The notes under the pieces are model-generated. The model did no database searches and was not told the DNA's origin. It saw nothing but the letters and a program-made list of their open reading frames with translations. From assembly GCF_964204645.1 (NCBI RefSeq), contig NC_134034.1:11296962-11360961 (forward strand): a DNA stretch of 64,000 nt, in the 5' to 3' direction. Origin of the DNA: Tubulanus polymorphus (Eukaryota; Animalia; Nemertea). Shown piece by piece: positions 36,701-47,980 of the stretch (positions are counted from its first letter, which is position 1; each line of letters starts with the position of its first letter). Both the position numbers and the translations under genes were made by a program.

Positions 36701-39700
36701 TATGAACGTATCAGGTCGTGTTATTGATAGCAGACGACAGAATCACGTGTTTGATTATCGGAATTCAATACGATAACAGTGTGTTTATGGTGGCGAATAT
36801 AGAAATATCACAACTCCAAAACACAAGTTTTATATCTTTAGACCGGTCTTAAAATTGTTAGATTTGTTATAGAACCAATATGAGCCTAGAGACTGGGTTG
36901 TGAGTTGTAGGTTGGTCATAGAACCAAAATGAGCTTATAGAATGGTGTGAAGAAGTTAGATTTGCTATGGAACAAAAATGAGTTTAAACTGGTCCTAAGT
37001 TATTGGATTGGCTATTAAACCAAAATGAGTTTAGACTGGTCTTAGGTTGTTCGATTTTGGCCAACATAGAACCAAAACGAGCTCTGGTCGGATCTACGTT
37101 GTTAGATTGACTATCGAACCAAAATGGTGCTAGAGTTTTAAGTCGTAAGATGTTGTTAAATTCGCCACAAAGATTTGTTCTTAAATTTCCATATATTTTT
37201 TCTCCTACAGGCGCCCCGTGTATTTTGATCGTGTCGTGGGCCGTGGTGAAATATATGGTCGACAACAATTAGTGAGTAATCGGCTGCTTAACAACGAGCG
37301 ACCGCATTCACGAAGCGCCCGTATATATATAAGTTACGCGTCACGTAAACGAACTTACGGGTCATTCACGAAACAACCCGTAAGTTTGCACGTAGATATC
37401 GTGACACGTTATTTTTACGGGCGATTCTACGGTCTCAGCAGAACGCAGTCTCTGAAGGAGAAATTTACAATTTTCTGAAAATGAATCTGCTGAATAACAA
37501 CTTGTATAACATTGAAGAAGCATGTTTGTTTATCCTATGATGTATGTTAACGTTACCGGGTATGTTATTTTTTTCAGTTGTTGGTTGCCTAAAACTGGAA
37601 CTTACTACGACTACATTTATATTGCTCCTATATTGATATGCCTTGGTGTAAGTAAAGTACATGTATTCGATTCAATACGTGGCCATTTCAAAGAATCTTA
37701 TTTTTGATCAATGCTTGTTCAGTTTGAGCCGGCGCATATTCCGGTTATCCCTGTTCTGGAGCCAGTTAGTGACTTCTAATGTACAAATGTTGGCTTAGAA
37801 ATCTTAATACTGGCCCAAAGTTGTTGATAATCCAAAGAGCCATGATGAGTTTGGTCTAGTCTAGAGAGTGGAATGCTCCACCTTAGCTTACTGATCCCGG
37901 AGTCTCTAGCTATAACATTAGCCATTACTGTGCGCCGATCCCTGGGCGAACCTTTCGTAGCTAGTCGACTAGTGGTCGGAACTAAAAACCGTACGCCCTG
38001 TCGTAATGTATTTCATAGTGATGGCCATCTTGAAACTTGGTCCAGACTACAGCGACCTTGCTTTTCGTGCCATAATTCCGACTAACTGTCATTCGGGTTC
38101 ACTTAGTTCGACTATAGTCGTTTAAACTCCGGATAACCGAAGTTCGCCCCTGGCTGAAAGTCGGATGCTCTACTTTATCGTAGTGAACTCGGAGTCTCAA
38201 CGTGCGTCACGGAGCCACCCCAACTACTGCGTCGTTGTAATATTAAAACCTAATTTGTGTACGACTCGACGGATGTTTGAGTCCAGTTGAGACCGATATA
38301 AATCACAACAGTCGCGTCCAGTTCCATCGTTAATCTGTTAATGGTGAAATAATCACATCGATCAACTCGACTTATAGTTTCCGTTGATGACATTCTGCGC
38401 TCATCGTCGCAGACGATCGCTCTGCCCTACATTTCAACTGCTCTTAATATGGAGCCGCCCCAGGTGCATCTTCATTCAAAGATTTACCCGCCCTGATTTA
38501 CTCCAATGGCAGAAATTGACAGAAGCAAAATAAAAGTAAAGGGCGTACTGCTAGATGGCTCTAGGGGGCGCGTTAATGGCGTCTTGGCTTCCTCATCTCG
38601 ACCTAATTTTACTCTACCTCCCATCCGCGAGATGAGAAGCAATAGGAGGGTGCACCCTCTTCCCTAGTTCGGCCTGCACACCCTCTCTCCACCCCTCGCT
38701 ATTCATATCATCTCACCATCCTCCTTCCCCTCGCCCTCCACTCCCTCTCAACACCCCCTCGCCCTCCACTCCCTCTCACCGCCCCCTCGCCCTCCACTCC
38801 CTCTCACCGCCCCTCACCCTCCACTCCCTCCCTCCACCCCCTCGCTATTCATACCCTCTCACCGCCCCCTCGCCCTCCACTCCCTCTCACCGCCCTCTCG
38901 CCATCCACTCCCTCTCTCGTCAGTAAACTATATAATAATCTACTCTTTTTTTTCAGGTGAATATTATATTTTTGGGTTCTATTATTTGGGTTCTGATAAC
39001 GAAGTTACGCGCATCGAACACGCTGGAAACACGTCGCTATAGGTAGGTACACTGACGTCACAGAGTCGTCTTCACGACAGCATGATGTGACGTCATGAGT
39101 AACGTAAACGCTTCAACTATCGGTGCATTGCTTTCTTATCTGCGTGATTTATTTTACTCTAGTTTATAACGAATTATTTATTTTGCGCGATATATATTGT
39201 GTTTTTTTTTCAAGTTTGTGAACGATTCAATGCTTAATAGTAGAATAGGCCACACACGAATAGAAAACTAGATAATAGAAATAAAACCACTTCAATATTT
39301 ACAAAGATGATTAAGAAGCGTCTTGTCTTTTCATTTTTGCTTCAAACTTTTGATCACCTTTTTAATCTTTTGAATTCGTACATATATTAGGTTTCGTTTC
39401 TATCAAAATGAGACTGCACTATTCTAATTACCTCGGTTAATTGATTATCAATTTCAGGAATGATTTTATTAGGTAAATCAAACAAACGTTCGGGTTTGTT
39501 TTGTAGTAAGAACACGTGCACTTGCATGGACAGCGCCGTCTGCCGTGAACGAATCGAAACACTTTCATATATTCTTTTAGAATTCCCAAAATTGACATTT
39601 CTGCTTATCCGACCTATCCTTATCACCAGCGCTATCCACCGATATTTGTCGTTCATTTCAGTTTTCTGTTATCATTCTCTGTTTACTTCGCTTCCCTGCA

Positions 39701-42030
39701 TTAGACACCATCGACGTCACGCGACCGTTGACGACCTTGGTGAAACGACCTTGGCACATCCTCGTGTATAGCGTTTTACCTTAATTGTTGAATGTAATGA
39801 AAGATAGGCAAACGACAAAAAGGACGAAGTAATTATTTCACGTTTTCAAACCTGACTAAAAAGATATTTATTTTGATATCGATATTTAAAATGGTGTCAT
39901 TATCAGGGTTGTACCTAGCACTTGAATTTTTTTTTTTTTGGGGGGGGGAGGGGGCAGAGAAACCCGAAAAGGGCAGTTCTTTAGGAAACTACAATGATAT
40001 TTGCAAAACGGAAATTTTTCCAAAATTTCTGGGGGGGGGGGGGCAGAAAATAGATTGAAAATGTGCAATCGTTGGTGGAGTACTACATTAAGCAGGAGAG
40101 AAGAAATATAATGATATTGACAATGATAATATGAGTTATAGAAATAATACAATATTTTACTTTAAGTAAGATCAGAAATTAGATTTTTAAAATGGAATCG
40201 AAATATGTTTGTTTGTGATATTTGCAGGAAAGCCGTACGCGCGACTTTAATTCTTCTACCGTTGCTGGGACTGACGTACGTTCTGTTTATAACACCTCCC
40301 AGTCAAGATACGACTGTGAAGGCTGTATTCGCCTACTTCAACGCCGTCTTACAGTCTACACAAGTAAGTCATAGGTATTTCATTTCCGAAACGCGTCTTC
40401 TTCGATAGAAACAGCGGCGGATCCAGAGTTGGGTTCGGGGGTTCGAACCCCATTTTCTGACCAAGTGCCCTTTTGAAAATCCGCATGACATAGGCTTCTT
40501 ATCCCCTGTCTTAATCTAATTCGCACTAAGATTGTAAAAATTTACCTGAAATCTTCAGAGAGACAGCCGCGGCGACTAAAATCGGTCCTTTACAACTAAC
40601 CCCTTTCATCCAGCCCGGGTCCGCCTCTGAGAAATCTGCTCATCGTTGACTGGATTCTCTAGACAATGAACATTTTTGCCGAGTCGTTTCAGTTGAGTCG
40701 TCATCGTTATGCTAGTGTTCTTTTCCAAACGATGGCTTACGCTGAGTAGATTGAATCGGGCAAAAATAGAAAAACGACGACATCAGTAATATAACGACTT
40801 CAAATGACAACTTACACTTAGTAAATTAAATTGGACAATAGGGACTGAAAAAGAGGCGGTGGCTAAAGGCCCCCGCACATGAGCCAAAAACTGCGTACGC
40901 AAATGGCGCAGCGCAGTTTTCGGCTCGGAGGCCTTTAGCTATAGCGACTAGCATGTCGTTTGAAAGTCGGAGGTCTCGGGTCAGAATTCTTCCGATGAAC
41001 TTATATTTCTATTAATTTTTTTCAGGGTCTTTGGGTGTCTGTGTTCTACTGCTTCCTGAACAGCGAGGTGAGACGTAAGGAAAAACAGTTAACATTAATT
41101 CATTTTACAAATTAAGCACATTGAATTTGTCATTATTTCACAAAGTTGGAACCGCCATCTTGTATTTCGATTAATGGTGAGCGGAAACGATACTTAGGCA
41201 TAATGCTTGCAGTTTCGTCCCAGTCTCGCGGGATCTCGTCAAACAGTACTAGTAATCTAGAAGTATCAATTTTCTAGATACACGTGTACTAATAATCTGT
41301 AAGTCCGAGACACAAGCAGAAAAACAAGTCTATTAGTTGTGGATTGTATGGTGTCATAATTCGTGAAACGTCGGAAAAAAAGGAAACATTTCCAGACTTT
41401 TTTTCCTTCGTAGTTTGTGATATTCTGTATCATCGTTACAAAACTCAAGATTGTTTCATCAATGGTTAAATTCAAATTCTCCACCGTTTTTTCCTCAAAT
41501 CACTATTCTATCAACTCGCGTTCATTACTGATGTAAAAATACACTGAAAATTGCAGGAGTGCACTTTGAATAATCCGAATATATTTCTCTTCTTGGTCGG
41601 TGTTTCATCAATGGTTAAATTATCCATTCTCCACTGGTGTCTTTTCTCAAATCACTATTCTATCAGATTGTGTTAAGCTCACTGATTACAGAGTTCACTA
41701 ACAATATTTATATATTTGTCTTCTTTGTCACAGGTTCGGGCAGCGATATCGAAGCGCTTCTCCGATTGGCAGGACACTAAAACATTAAGCACGCGTTACG
41801 TCACGCGCGGTAATTCGGTCGCCGGTTCGAATTCACCCGCCAGAAGTAGTACCCAACACGTGGCGCACGCGCAAACGATACCGCTAACGAACGGAAGTGG
41901 CGGTGGTGGTGGCGGCGGCGGAACCGGAACGCACAACAAAAAGGACCGCAATTGCAACGAGAGCGATAACGACTCGCCGGATGGCAGGTGCACGAAAAAG
42001 ACGCCTCTGATCCAGGAGAATTCGGTATGA
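793..42030 (+). CDS. Class B1 (secretin-family) GPCR, CRH receptor / DH44 receptor-like; 12 coding exons, about 555 aa
   Basis: Exons 793-1156, 34213-34338, 34605-34708, 35465-35568, 35676-35799, 36318-36471, 37211-37271, 37578-37647, 38957-39042, 40228-40363, 41026-41067, 41734-42030. All introns are GT-AG with matching phases; total 1668 nt. Signal peptide, then hormone-binding domain (YCNSTDDSLSCWP..CP..YNTS.NVTKWCLPTGRW..NYSQC), then TM motifs RSLRCIRNKVH, NFFWMFVEGLYLH, VLITKLRAS, KAVRATLILLPLLG, QGLWVSVFYCFLNSEV, typical of CRHR/DH44R. Confidence 0.93.
1436..1763. repeat. CT-rich simple repeat (TCTCCC-type polypyrimidine tract)
   Basis: Seen directly; it generates the spurious ORFs in 1329-1887. 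Confidence 0.95.
2425..2652. repeat. 10-bp-period minisatellite (TGATACTCAG / TGATACTGAC)
   Basis: Seen directly. Confidence 0.9.
3415..3763. repeat. 20-bp minisatellite TCTCACTGTCAGCCTCTCCC, about 17 copies
   Basis: Seen directly. Confidence 0.95.
4152..4465. repeat. Degenerate tandem repeat of about 39 bp (ACTGTGGAACTGGGTTCAGAGACAAATT..), about 8 copies
   Basis: Seen directly; the unit contains the TIR of MITE family A. Confidence 0.8.
5275..5621. repeat. 20-bp minisatellite GTGGTGGCGACCAGTCAGAT, about 17 copies
   Basis: Seen directly. Confidence 0.95.
5767..5879. mobile_element. MITE family A (TIR CCAGTTCCACAG / CTGTGGAACTGG)
   Basis: Terminal inverted repeats visible. Homologous copies at about 14069-14200, 26409-26490 (partial), 51030-51122 (partial) and 57845-57956; related TIRs at about 50133-50275 and 49323-49448. 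Confidence 0.7.
5970..6209. mobile_element. MITE family B (TIR GGGCGAACTTCGGTT / AACCGAAGTTCGCCC)
   Basis: TIRs plus internal AGTCGACTAGTGGTCGGAACTAA and TAGTTCGACTATAGTCG, shared with 37944-38149 and, inverted, 47451-47611. Confidence 0.7.
7128..7623. repeat. 56-bp minisatellite, about 9 copies
   Basis: CAGTAAGACCC recurs at 7145, 7201, 7257 ... 7593. Confidence 0.95.
8468..8742. repeat. 20-bp AT-rich minisatellite AAAAACGATAAGTTTACGTT, about 13 copies
   Basis: Seen directly. Confidence 0.9.
9398..9573. repeat. 52-bp minisatellite with internal GATGATGTTTTGAGTAT subunits
   Basis: Seen directly. Confidence 0.9.
9716..9860. repeat. (CTC/CTT)n trinucleotide-type repeat
   Basis: Seen directly; source of the poly-Leu ORF at 9612-9896. 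Confidence 0.9.
10623..10778. repeat. 18-bp GC-rich minisatellite GCGATGACCAGTCCGGGC, about 8.5 copies
   Basis: Seen directly. Confidence 0.95.
12355..12770 (-). mobile_element. tRNA-derived SINE-like element with an internal repeat of about 120 bp in three copies
   Basis: On the - strand the head has an A-box-like CAGTGG and a B-box GGGTTCGAGTCC. The body ACTGATCTTGTTTTGCCAAGACT..AAACCTCACGAC..AAGTGTTG..GGACTCGAACCC is repeated three times. Another body copy at about 16186-16330. Confidence 0.5.
15085..15570. repeat. CT-rich low-complexity tract
   Basis: Seen directly. Confidence 0.9.
16787..17112 (+). mobile_element. Non-autonomous DNA element of about 326 bp, CATC...GATG termini, 9-bp TSD
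   Basis: TSD ACGGGAACC at 16778-16786 and 17113-17121. Imperfect TIRs CATCCTCGCTTGCCAGGG / CCCTTGACGGGTGAAGATG. Closely similar inverted copy at 63654-63980. Confidence 0.85.
21673..21847. mobile_element. Fold-back element with about 51-bp inverted arms enclosing a hammerhead motif (Penelope-like, non-autonomous)
   Basis: Left arm 21673-21723 (aataagataaaaacccactatctatagattaaaagaattcaaaaacaagaa) is the near reverse complement of 21797-21847. Confidence 0.65.
21725..21766 (+). ncRNA. Minimal type-I hammerhead ribozyme motif
   Basis: ACAC-CTGACGA(21729-21735)-T-GATCTC(tagggt)GAGATC-GAAA-CG-TC-GTGT. Complete core with a GUC cleavage triplet; predicted cut after 21762; stem I ACAC/GTGT. Confidence 0.82.
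23220..24200. repeat. Direct duplication of about 200 bp containing (GATT)n (about 23220-23425 and 23985-24200), part of a dispersed family
   Basis: CCAAATCTACCAGATTCTTCCACA...ACAGTGTGGGTTTCATTCTAAAT...GATTGATT...GTGCCCCTTA occurs twice. Related segments at about 23475-23600, 24260-24345, 27830-27950 and 29560-29720. Confidence 0.7.
26510..27405 (+). ncRNA. Tandem array (69-bp unit, about 12 units in two blocks) of minimal type-I hammerhead ribozyme motifs, Penelope/retrozyme-like
   Basis: Unit: TATTC-CTGAAGA-T-GACTAT(tagaat)ATAGTC-GAAA-CG-TT-GAATA-aactacactagctcaa(g/t)gaatacag. CUGANGA and GAAA cores, 6-bp stem II, 5-bp stem I, palindromic AACGTT in place of stem III. Intact cores start at 26585, 26654, 26723 and 26792; the other units carry substitutions or deletions. 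Confidence 0.85.
31652..31911 (-). promoter_or_regulatory. 29-bp minisatellite in which every unit carries a CTCF consensus site
   Basis: GTGCCCCCTGG(T/C)GG at 31680, 31709, 31738, 31767, 31796, 31825, 31854 and 31883, which is CC(A/G)CCAGGGGGCAC on the - strand. Further CTCF-like sites near 31519 and 31589. Confidence 0.6.
35935..36116. mobile_element. Near-perfect 182-bp palindrome built from the same sequence family as the 26.5-kb hammerhead array; catalytic core lost
   Basis: Arms 35935-35987 / 36064-36116 and 35988-36015 / 36020-36047 are reverse complements. The inner arms contain GACTATTAGGATATAGTCGAAACG, matching array units. CTGAAGA is absent at the centre. Confidence 0.75.
37944..38149. 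mobile_element. MITE family B copy in GPCR intron 8
   Basis: Colinear similarity to 5970-6209. Confidence 0.65.
40412..40630. mobile_element. MITE with CAGCGGCGGATCC / GGGTCCGCCTCTG termini in GPCR intron 10
   Basis: Imperfect TIRs. Related termini at about 22730-22775 and 44500-44541. Confidence 0.45.
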
Positions 42031-42602
42031 CAGGACTGAATAGACCGACGGCTTTGATTGGCTGTGAGCTTTGATACACGAAACAACACGTGGCGACGCC
42101 TAGCGGTGTAGAGCGAAACGACGCGGGAGACAATTTTCGATTCAATGGTTGAATATGCAACCGGAAGTAGCTCGGGCATATCACCGCGAGGTGAATGGGC
42201 AGCAAAACACGTGACCATCGCAGAGTCACGTGACGTACCAGCAGGTCGGCGCATGCGCGTTGTTGTAAGTTTTTGGTCCATAACGATGATAAACCTATTA
42301 CGAAGATATATAATTGAATATAACTTGCATGTAGTATCAAATATTGTATAGAATTGTTAATTTATAATGTGTATAAATTGATTGAAATCGTCTGATTCTA
42401 AAAGACGACCACGTGACGTCATGCCGCCGTTTTGCACGCGTCCCCGATATGGGCTTGCAATATAAAGAACCTAGTCTTATTTTAGAATCGATTGTCTAGG
42501 CTTCAGAAGTTTTTCTGATTGGTTTGGCGAAAATCGGACCAGAAACGTTATTGGTTTATTTACTTCCAAACATGTTTAATAGATTTTCTTTTGAATTGTA
42601 CA

Positions 42603-42738
42603 GTGCCCGGAACGCGGGTGGTCCAGCGCGGTGCGGTGCCCGGAACGCGAGTCCGGCGCGGTACGGTGCGGTGCCCGGAACGCGAGTCCGGCGCGGTACG
42701 GTGCGGTGCCCGGAACGCGAGTCCGGCGCGGTATGCCC
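42603..42738. repeat. GC-rich minisatellite of about 35 bp, 4 copies, downstream of the GPCR stop (probably 3' UTR)
   Basis: GTGCCCGGAACGCG at 42603, 42636, 42671 and 42706; AATAAA signals follow at about 42801 and 42818. Confidence 0.85.
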
Positions 42739-45700
42739 CACGTTGATGCACGATATATATGTATACCACTTTCTGTAAAAACTAAAAGAACAATTTGTAA
42801 ATAAAAAGCTCACTATGAATAAATGTGTAGATGATACTAGATTAATGTTTGCATTTAGTGAAGAACACAAAAAGAAAGGGCCGAGATCCAGCGGACAGTC
42901 CACTGGTCAGTGCTCTGGGTGGGTTGCTCCGGATGCTACACATAGTTTTAAATTACATACTCGGCTCTTCGCTGAAAGACTTTATTGTAACCTGTCTTTT
43001 GATGTACTCTATCCGGCTAATTGTTTACAAAGGTCGAATGTCGTCTAATCCCTACTTTTCGAGACTTACGGTACTTACGAAATGGTATTACTGTATATAA
43101 ATGACGACCTTGGATCTTTGGCCTTAAGAGAAATGTCACTTATTTGTGTAAAATCGGTGTAATAAAACAACGTGAAACATTTGACCTCCACGTGTCCTAC
43201 GCGTAGTTCTAATGTAGCCGCGTAAAAATTATTTAACTGGCATCCGCAAGTTGCGGATGCCAGTTAGATAATTTTGAGCCTTTGAAATTTCATGCGTGGA
43301 CATTCAAAAATACAAAGAATATATACAACAAAACCCCATACCTTCAACGGTATTATTAAAACTGGGATACCGATTTGCTACCAAAAACAGCACACCTCTT
43401 CCTGTCTCGGAGCCGCCCAATAGAGAGTGAGAGTAGCGAGAGAGAGAGAATTTCAATGAATGAATTGTATTTATCTATAGTCTGTGATAAACATTGTGTC
43501 GAATGTACCACAGCAGACGGACAATATCAGACCCTTCGCACGTAAGATGGCTGCCTCCTAAATCCAACCCTATGACGTCATCAAACTACCTACTAATCAT
43601 TGAATCGATAAAATGTTCCCAAAAATATGGCTGAACAACTCGATGATGTCATAGGGGGATTTCCGAGGCGGGTTATTCGTTCACGCGAAGGATTCCTATA
43701 AAAGCTGCCTGCTTGTTCAAAAACATGTAAATCGTACTGATAGAATGTAATAAAAGATGCTAAATCTATCTCAATCTTAATGATGAATAAAAACTGTTAT
43801 TTATAATCAGAGAATTTTAAGTAGTTCTTCTGTTGTTTATTATGATCTGGGGTCTTTCATACGCAATAGGGGTGAGGGGGTACGGCTCGGCGTGAGTTAG
43901 CTCCGGTGCGCTCGCGTATGACTAGATGCCGCCGGTTTTTAATCAACCACATTTTTACATTGCCGACTGCCCCTCTCGGCGCCGATGCTCCTCCAAACAC
44001 TCGACTGCCCCCTATCGGCTACGACGCTCCTCCAAAACACTCGACTGCCCAAACAGCCACGACATGAGGCGAATGTTATCATTTATTCGTACAGTCAAGC
44101 CCGCTTAATAAATTTTTGCCCCAAAACAATTGAATTTATGGAAGCCCTGCCATATGAATTACTGTTTGGTTTACCGAGATAAGATGTCATCGATTAGGAG
44201 AAAATCGCCATCAGTTTAGTAACAATAAAGTGGAAAGAACAGAGACCAAATTTGCAATATAAGAGATTGATATATCTATAATATAACATGCATTTAATCG
44301 TCAAGTGCAAAGCGTTCAGTGAGTTCTGTACGGTTCAGTCTGGCTAAGTCGCTCTGGCTAAACGAGAAATTGTAAGCCTCCCAAAAAAAAAATTTGAAAA
44401 TTATATTTAAAGCGTTTTCCCGCCACCTTGAGTGATTACCTTGTGGAAAAAAAACGAGTTTTTTTATAGTAAAAAATGAAGAAACCTAGCCGAAAAAGGG
44501 GGTTCGTTCGCACCCCCCGAACCCCCCTGGCGACGCCTATGCTCTCTGCTGCGACCAGACTTCTGCACCACTCATAGACCAGATATTTATCACAAATCAA
44601 ACATTTATTTGCTAAACAAACAAGCCCAATCCTGGGCTTCCACACAATTTGTCAAAGAAAATATTTTTTATGAAAATGTAATACAAAATTAATTATTTAT
44701 TTACAAATACTGGTAGGGATCAGCAGTATGGCAGCCTCAGATTGTCACGAAGAGAGACAAATTATTGTATTGAAATCTTTACATAATATACTAATACATA
44801 AGAAACTATTTTATATATTTTGATAATACAGCAGTTATGAAGAGTGAGACTAAAACGATTATTGCAGTATCTATATACGGGGTGCAGCAGTTTATAGTAA
44901 CTAAAACTAACAGATTTGTCATAAAGAGTGAGACTTAAATGATTATTCCAGTATCTATATACGGGGTGCAGCAGTTTAGTAACAAAAACTAACAGATTTG
45001 TCATAATTTGTCTGAATTTGGTGTACATATTTCTAACCGATCATCCGCTCCGCTAGCCACGAGGCTTGCGTGAGGGTGAAAGTATTAATATTCTGACACT
45101 CAATACACTTTTTTCCTTACACTTTCTAAAACTTCCTTCCGCGAAGACCCGCCTAAAGCTGGATTCATGTCGACGCCTAGACCAACGCAACCGGCCGGAT
45201 AATCGATCAGCACCACATAACCTCAGCGTTTTCAAACTTCAAAAGAAAAGATGCCATTGACCGCCATTCAAGAATGGCCAGTGACCTACCTGCAAAACCT
45301 TTTGAAATCATTCCCCGAAGCTTTTGGTATTGGTGATGCAACCAATCACCGGTTACGAATTCTAAAGGGGTCAGTTAAAAACTGGTGGGCGCTCCTACAA
45401 GTTGTCATTACACATGGAAATTCTACACGGCGAAGAAGTCTCTGTCGCTGGATATTTGCTCAGATAGGACACGTTTTAGAAAAAGAGAATTTTCATTAGA
45501 ATGTAACAAACGCAGCTGAGCTGATAAACTATTTGTTATTAATACAACTGGATTTTGGCAACAGGACACGGAATTTAAAAATGACTTTAAGATTGACTCT
45601 TAAATAAAAGGATTATATTTTCAAATTGCTGCTTCATCCGCGTTACAAGGTTGCTGTAAGGTAGGTGGAACATTTATTTAACATTAGCGGTCGAAATTAT

Positions 45701-46418
45701 GTTTTATAGATTTAGATTTAGGAAAAAATAGTTGAACTTTATGTTAGGGTTAGGTTAGGTTTAATCAACAGGTACCGGTACCCAGTGTTACAGCTTCATG
45801 GAAGATACAACAGACTCGCCTACTGATGAAAAACAAGAGCGGTCCGAATTGAATAAGGTAGGACATATTTCAGCGTGGACTTATCAACTAGAGTTGATAC
45901 GTCCATGATTTCAGTGAGAAGAAAAAGACCCCCGGGCCACAGAAGATCGAACCCGAAGTTGAATGATGATGACAGAGTGGCTTGAAAAACTTCAGGTGCG
46001 ACTTGTATGACATGTCTAATAGTTCTTGTAGATAAATAGAATTGATAGAATTTGTGTTAGTTCTAACTAGTTATTTGACCCCCCAATTAAAGCATAATTT
46101 CAACCGTTAATTCTTAGGTATTTTGAATATATTTCACAATTATCCTACGCTCCCCACCCTCACCCCTCCCCTTAAAACGAAGCTTCTACGATTTTGTGGG
46201 TTAAGCCTGACTATGGTAGGATGAGGAATTGACGATTTGGACTTGACAACTTTTTTCTACATAATAGAAACTACATAAACGTTAACACGTGTAGAGCTAG
46301 GGGGTTGGACTATTAACCCCCAAAAGACATACAGATAACAGTGATACAAATATAAAACAATAGACAAATATACACTTATATAATATTACACATTAAAAAA
46401 TGATAGAATTAAATTTTT

Positions 46419-46593
46419 CACGCGCCATTTTATTTTGAAGTCTCATCTCGCGTCATTTCATTTTGAAGTCTCATCTCGCGCCATTTTATTTTTCATCTCG
46501 CGCCATTTTATTTGGATGTAATCTCGCGCAGTTTTATTTGGAGGTAATCTTGCGCAATTTTATTTGGAGGTAATCTCGCGCCATTTTATTTGT
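46419..46593. repeat. 22-28-bp tandem repeat CGCGCCATTTTATTT.., about 7 copies
   Basis: Seen directly; four units contain the YY1-like CGCCATTTT. Confidence 0.85.
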
Positions 46594-47450
46594 CTTTTTG
46601 CGCATCCCAGATACATCACTTATCTTGTTGTTCGGTAATTTATCATATTATATCAACTCACTCAGTTATATATTGTAATATATATATATGTATTGTAATA
46701 TATGTATTGTAATATGTATTTTATTATGTATTGTACCATGTGTTATATTATGTATTGTATTATATATTGTACCATATATTGTAATATGATATGTATTGTA
46801 CCATGTATTGTATTATGTATTTGTAATTACTCTTCTCACCCGGTTCTCTCTAATTATTGTCAGTCTGCCTATAAATACTGATTATTAGCGAAAGCTTGTG
46901 CGTCAAATAAACCTATATTGTATACTTATACTTGTCTCGTTAAAATTATTCTAAACCCGGTTTATACCCCAGGCTCCTCTACGGAATAAGGGAACATCGT
47001 GTTTTAATTCCCGATTCGGACCCGCTGTTGCAGCCTTCGTCAGTGGACACAGGACAACTCGGGCTGGATTCGAACCCTTGAAAGCAGCACGCCCATTTCT
47101 CTTGGACATTGAGGAAAACTTCTAAGACTAAGATTCGATTTCCAGCCTTCTTTGACGAAGAGAACTTCAGCGGGACAATACTCAGAATTCGAATTTGTGG
47201 AATTAACCTGTTTTGGAATTTTCTGCGAAAGCTTCATTTTCTAGAGGAAAATAAATCAATTTCATATCGGTAACTATTACGACGAGTAATAGGAAAAATT
47301 TTGCCGAAATTGAGAGTATTGAAACAAACACAGCTAACCTACACGGCTGTCTGGAATCAGTTCTTTCGGGATGAAAAATTTGCAGAAAATTCCGAAACAT
47401 TTTCATTCCATCACGAAGAGACTGAAATTGACTGGTGACCCACGTACGCT

Positions 47451-47611
47451 GGGCGAACTTTGGTTATCGGAGTTAGTCGCGACTATAGTCGAACTAAGTG
47501 AAACCGAATGTCAGTTAGTCGGAACCAGTCTGGAAATAGTTCGGAAATAAAGCGCATTCGGTTATTAGTTCCGACCACTCGTCGACTAGATACGAGAACT
47601 GAATTTGGCCC
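47451..47611. mobile_element. MITE family B copy (inverted, internally deleted) upstream of the Acl4-like gene
   Basis: Reverse-complement similarity to both ends of 5970-6209. Confidence 0.6.
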
Positions 47612-47980
47612 CTACTGAGGAACTAGGATTCTGACCCGGCGAACACGACCATCAGCCAGGAACAAGATAGTCCCGACCAGTGTGTGGTCGGCGGATGAGA
47701 GAGGATTAATGTACAAGGCAAGCAACATCGGAGCCTCGCTTGGAAGGTCTCCACTGAAGGCGCTGCGATAGAATCCCGGTAATTGGACTTTATTAGAATA
47801 ACATGGCACTAAACGCAGTAGGACAGAGAGCGAATGTCCGCTCCATGAGTCCGACCGGCTCACATTTCCAGTCCGCTCCATCAATCCATTCGGTGAAACT
47901 TCTCTGGACATTCAAGGTCGTCGCGTTTGCAAAATAAATTCTAAACGTGTTTCGCTCAAAAATTCACGTAAAGACGAAAA

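Noticed and set aside
40385-40400. GAAACGCGTC, resembling a hammerhead 3' half (similar GAAACGTT at about 55215 and, on the - strand, about 1905)
   Set aside because: No upstream CTGANGA core or stem II.
41796-42340. Antisense ORFs of 161 and 179 aa
   Set aside because: Shadows of the GC-rich last GPCR exon and 3' UTR.
45742-45762. TTAGGG/TTAGG telomere-like repeats
   Set aside because: Only about three units; too short to call an interstitial telomere.
47050-47120. B-box GGTTCGAATCC on the - strand suggesting a tRNA gene; also an A-box-like GGCCGAGTGG near 50540
   Set aside because: I could not fold a cloverleaf; at most SINE fragments.
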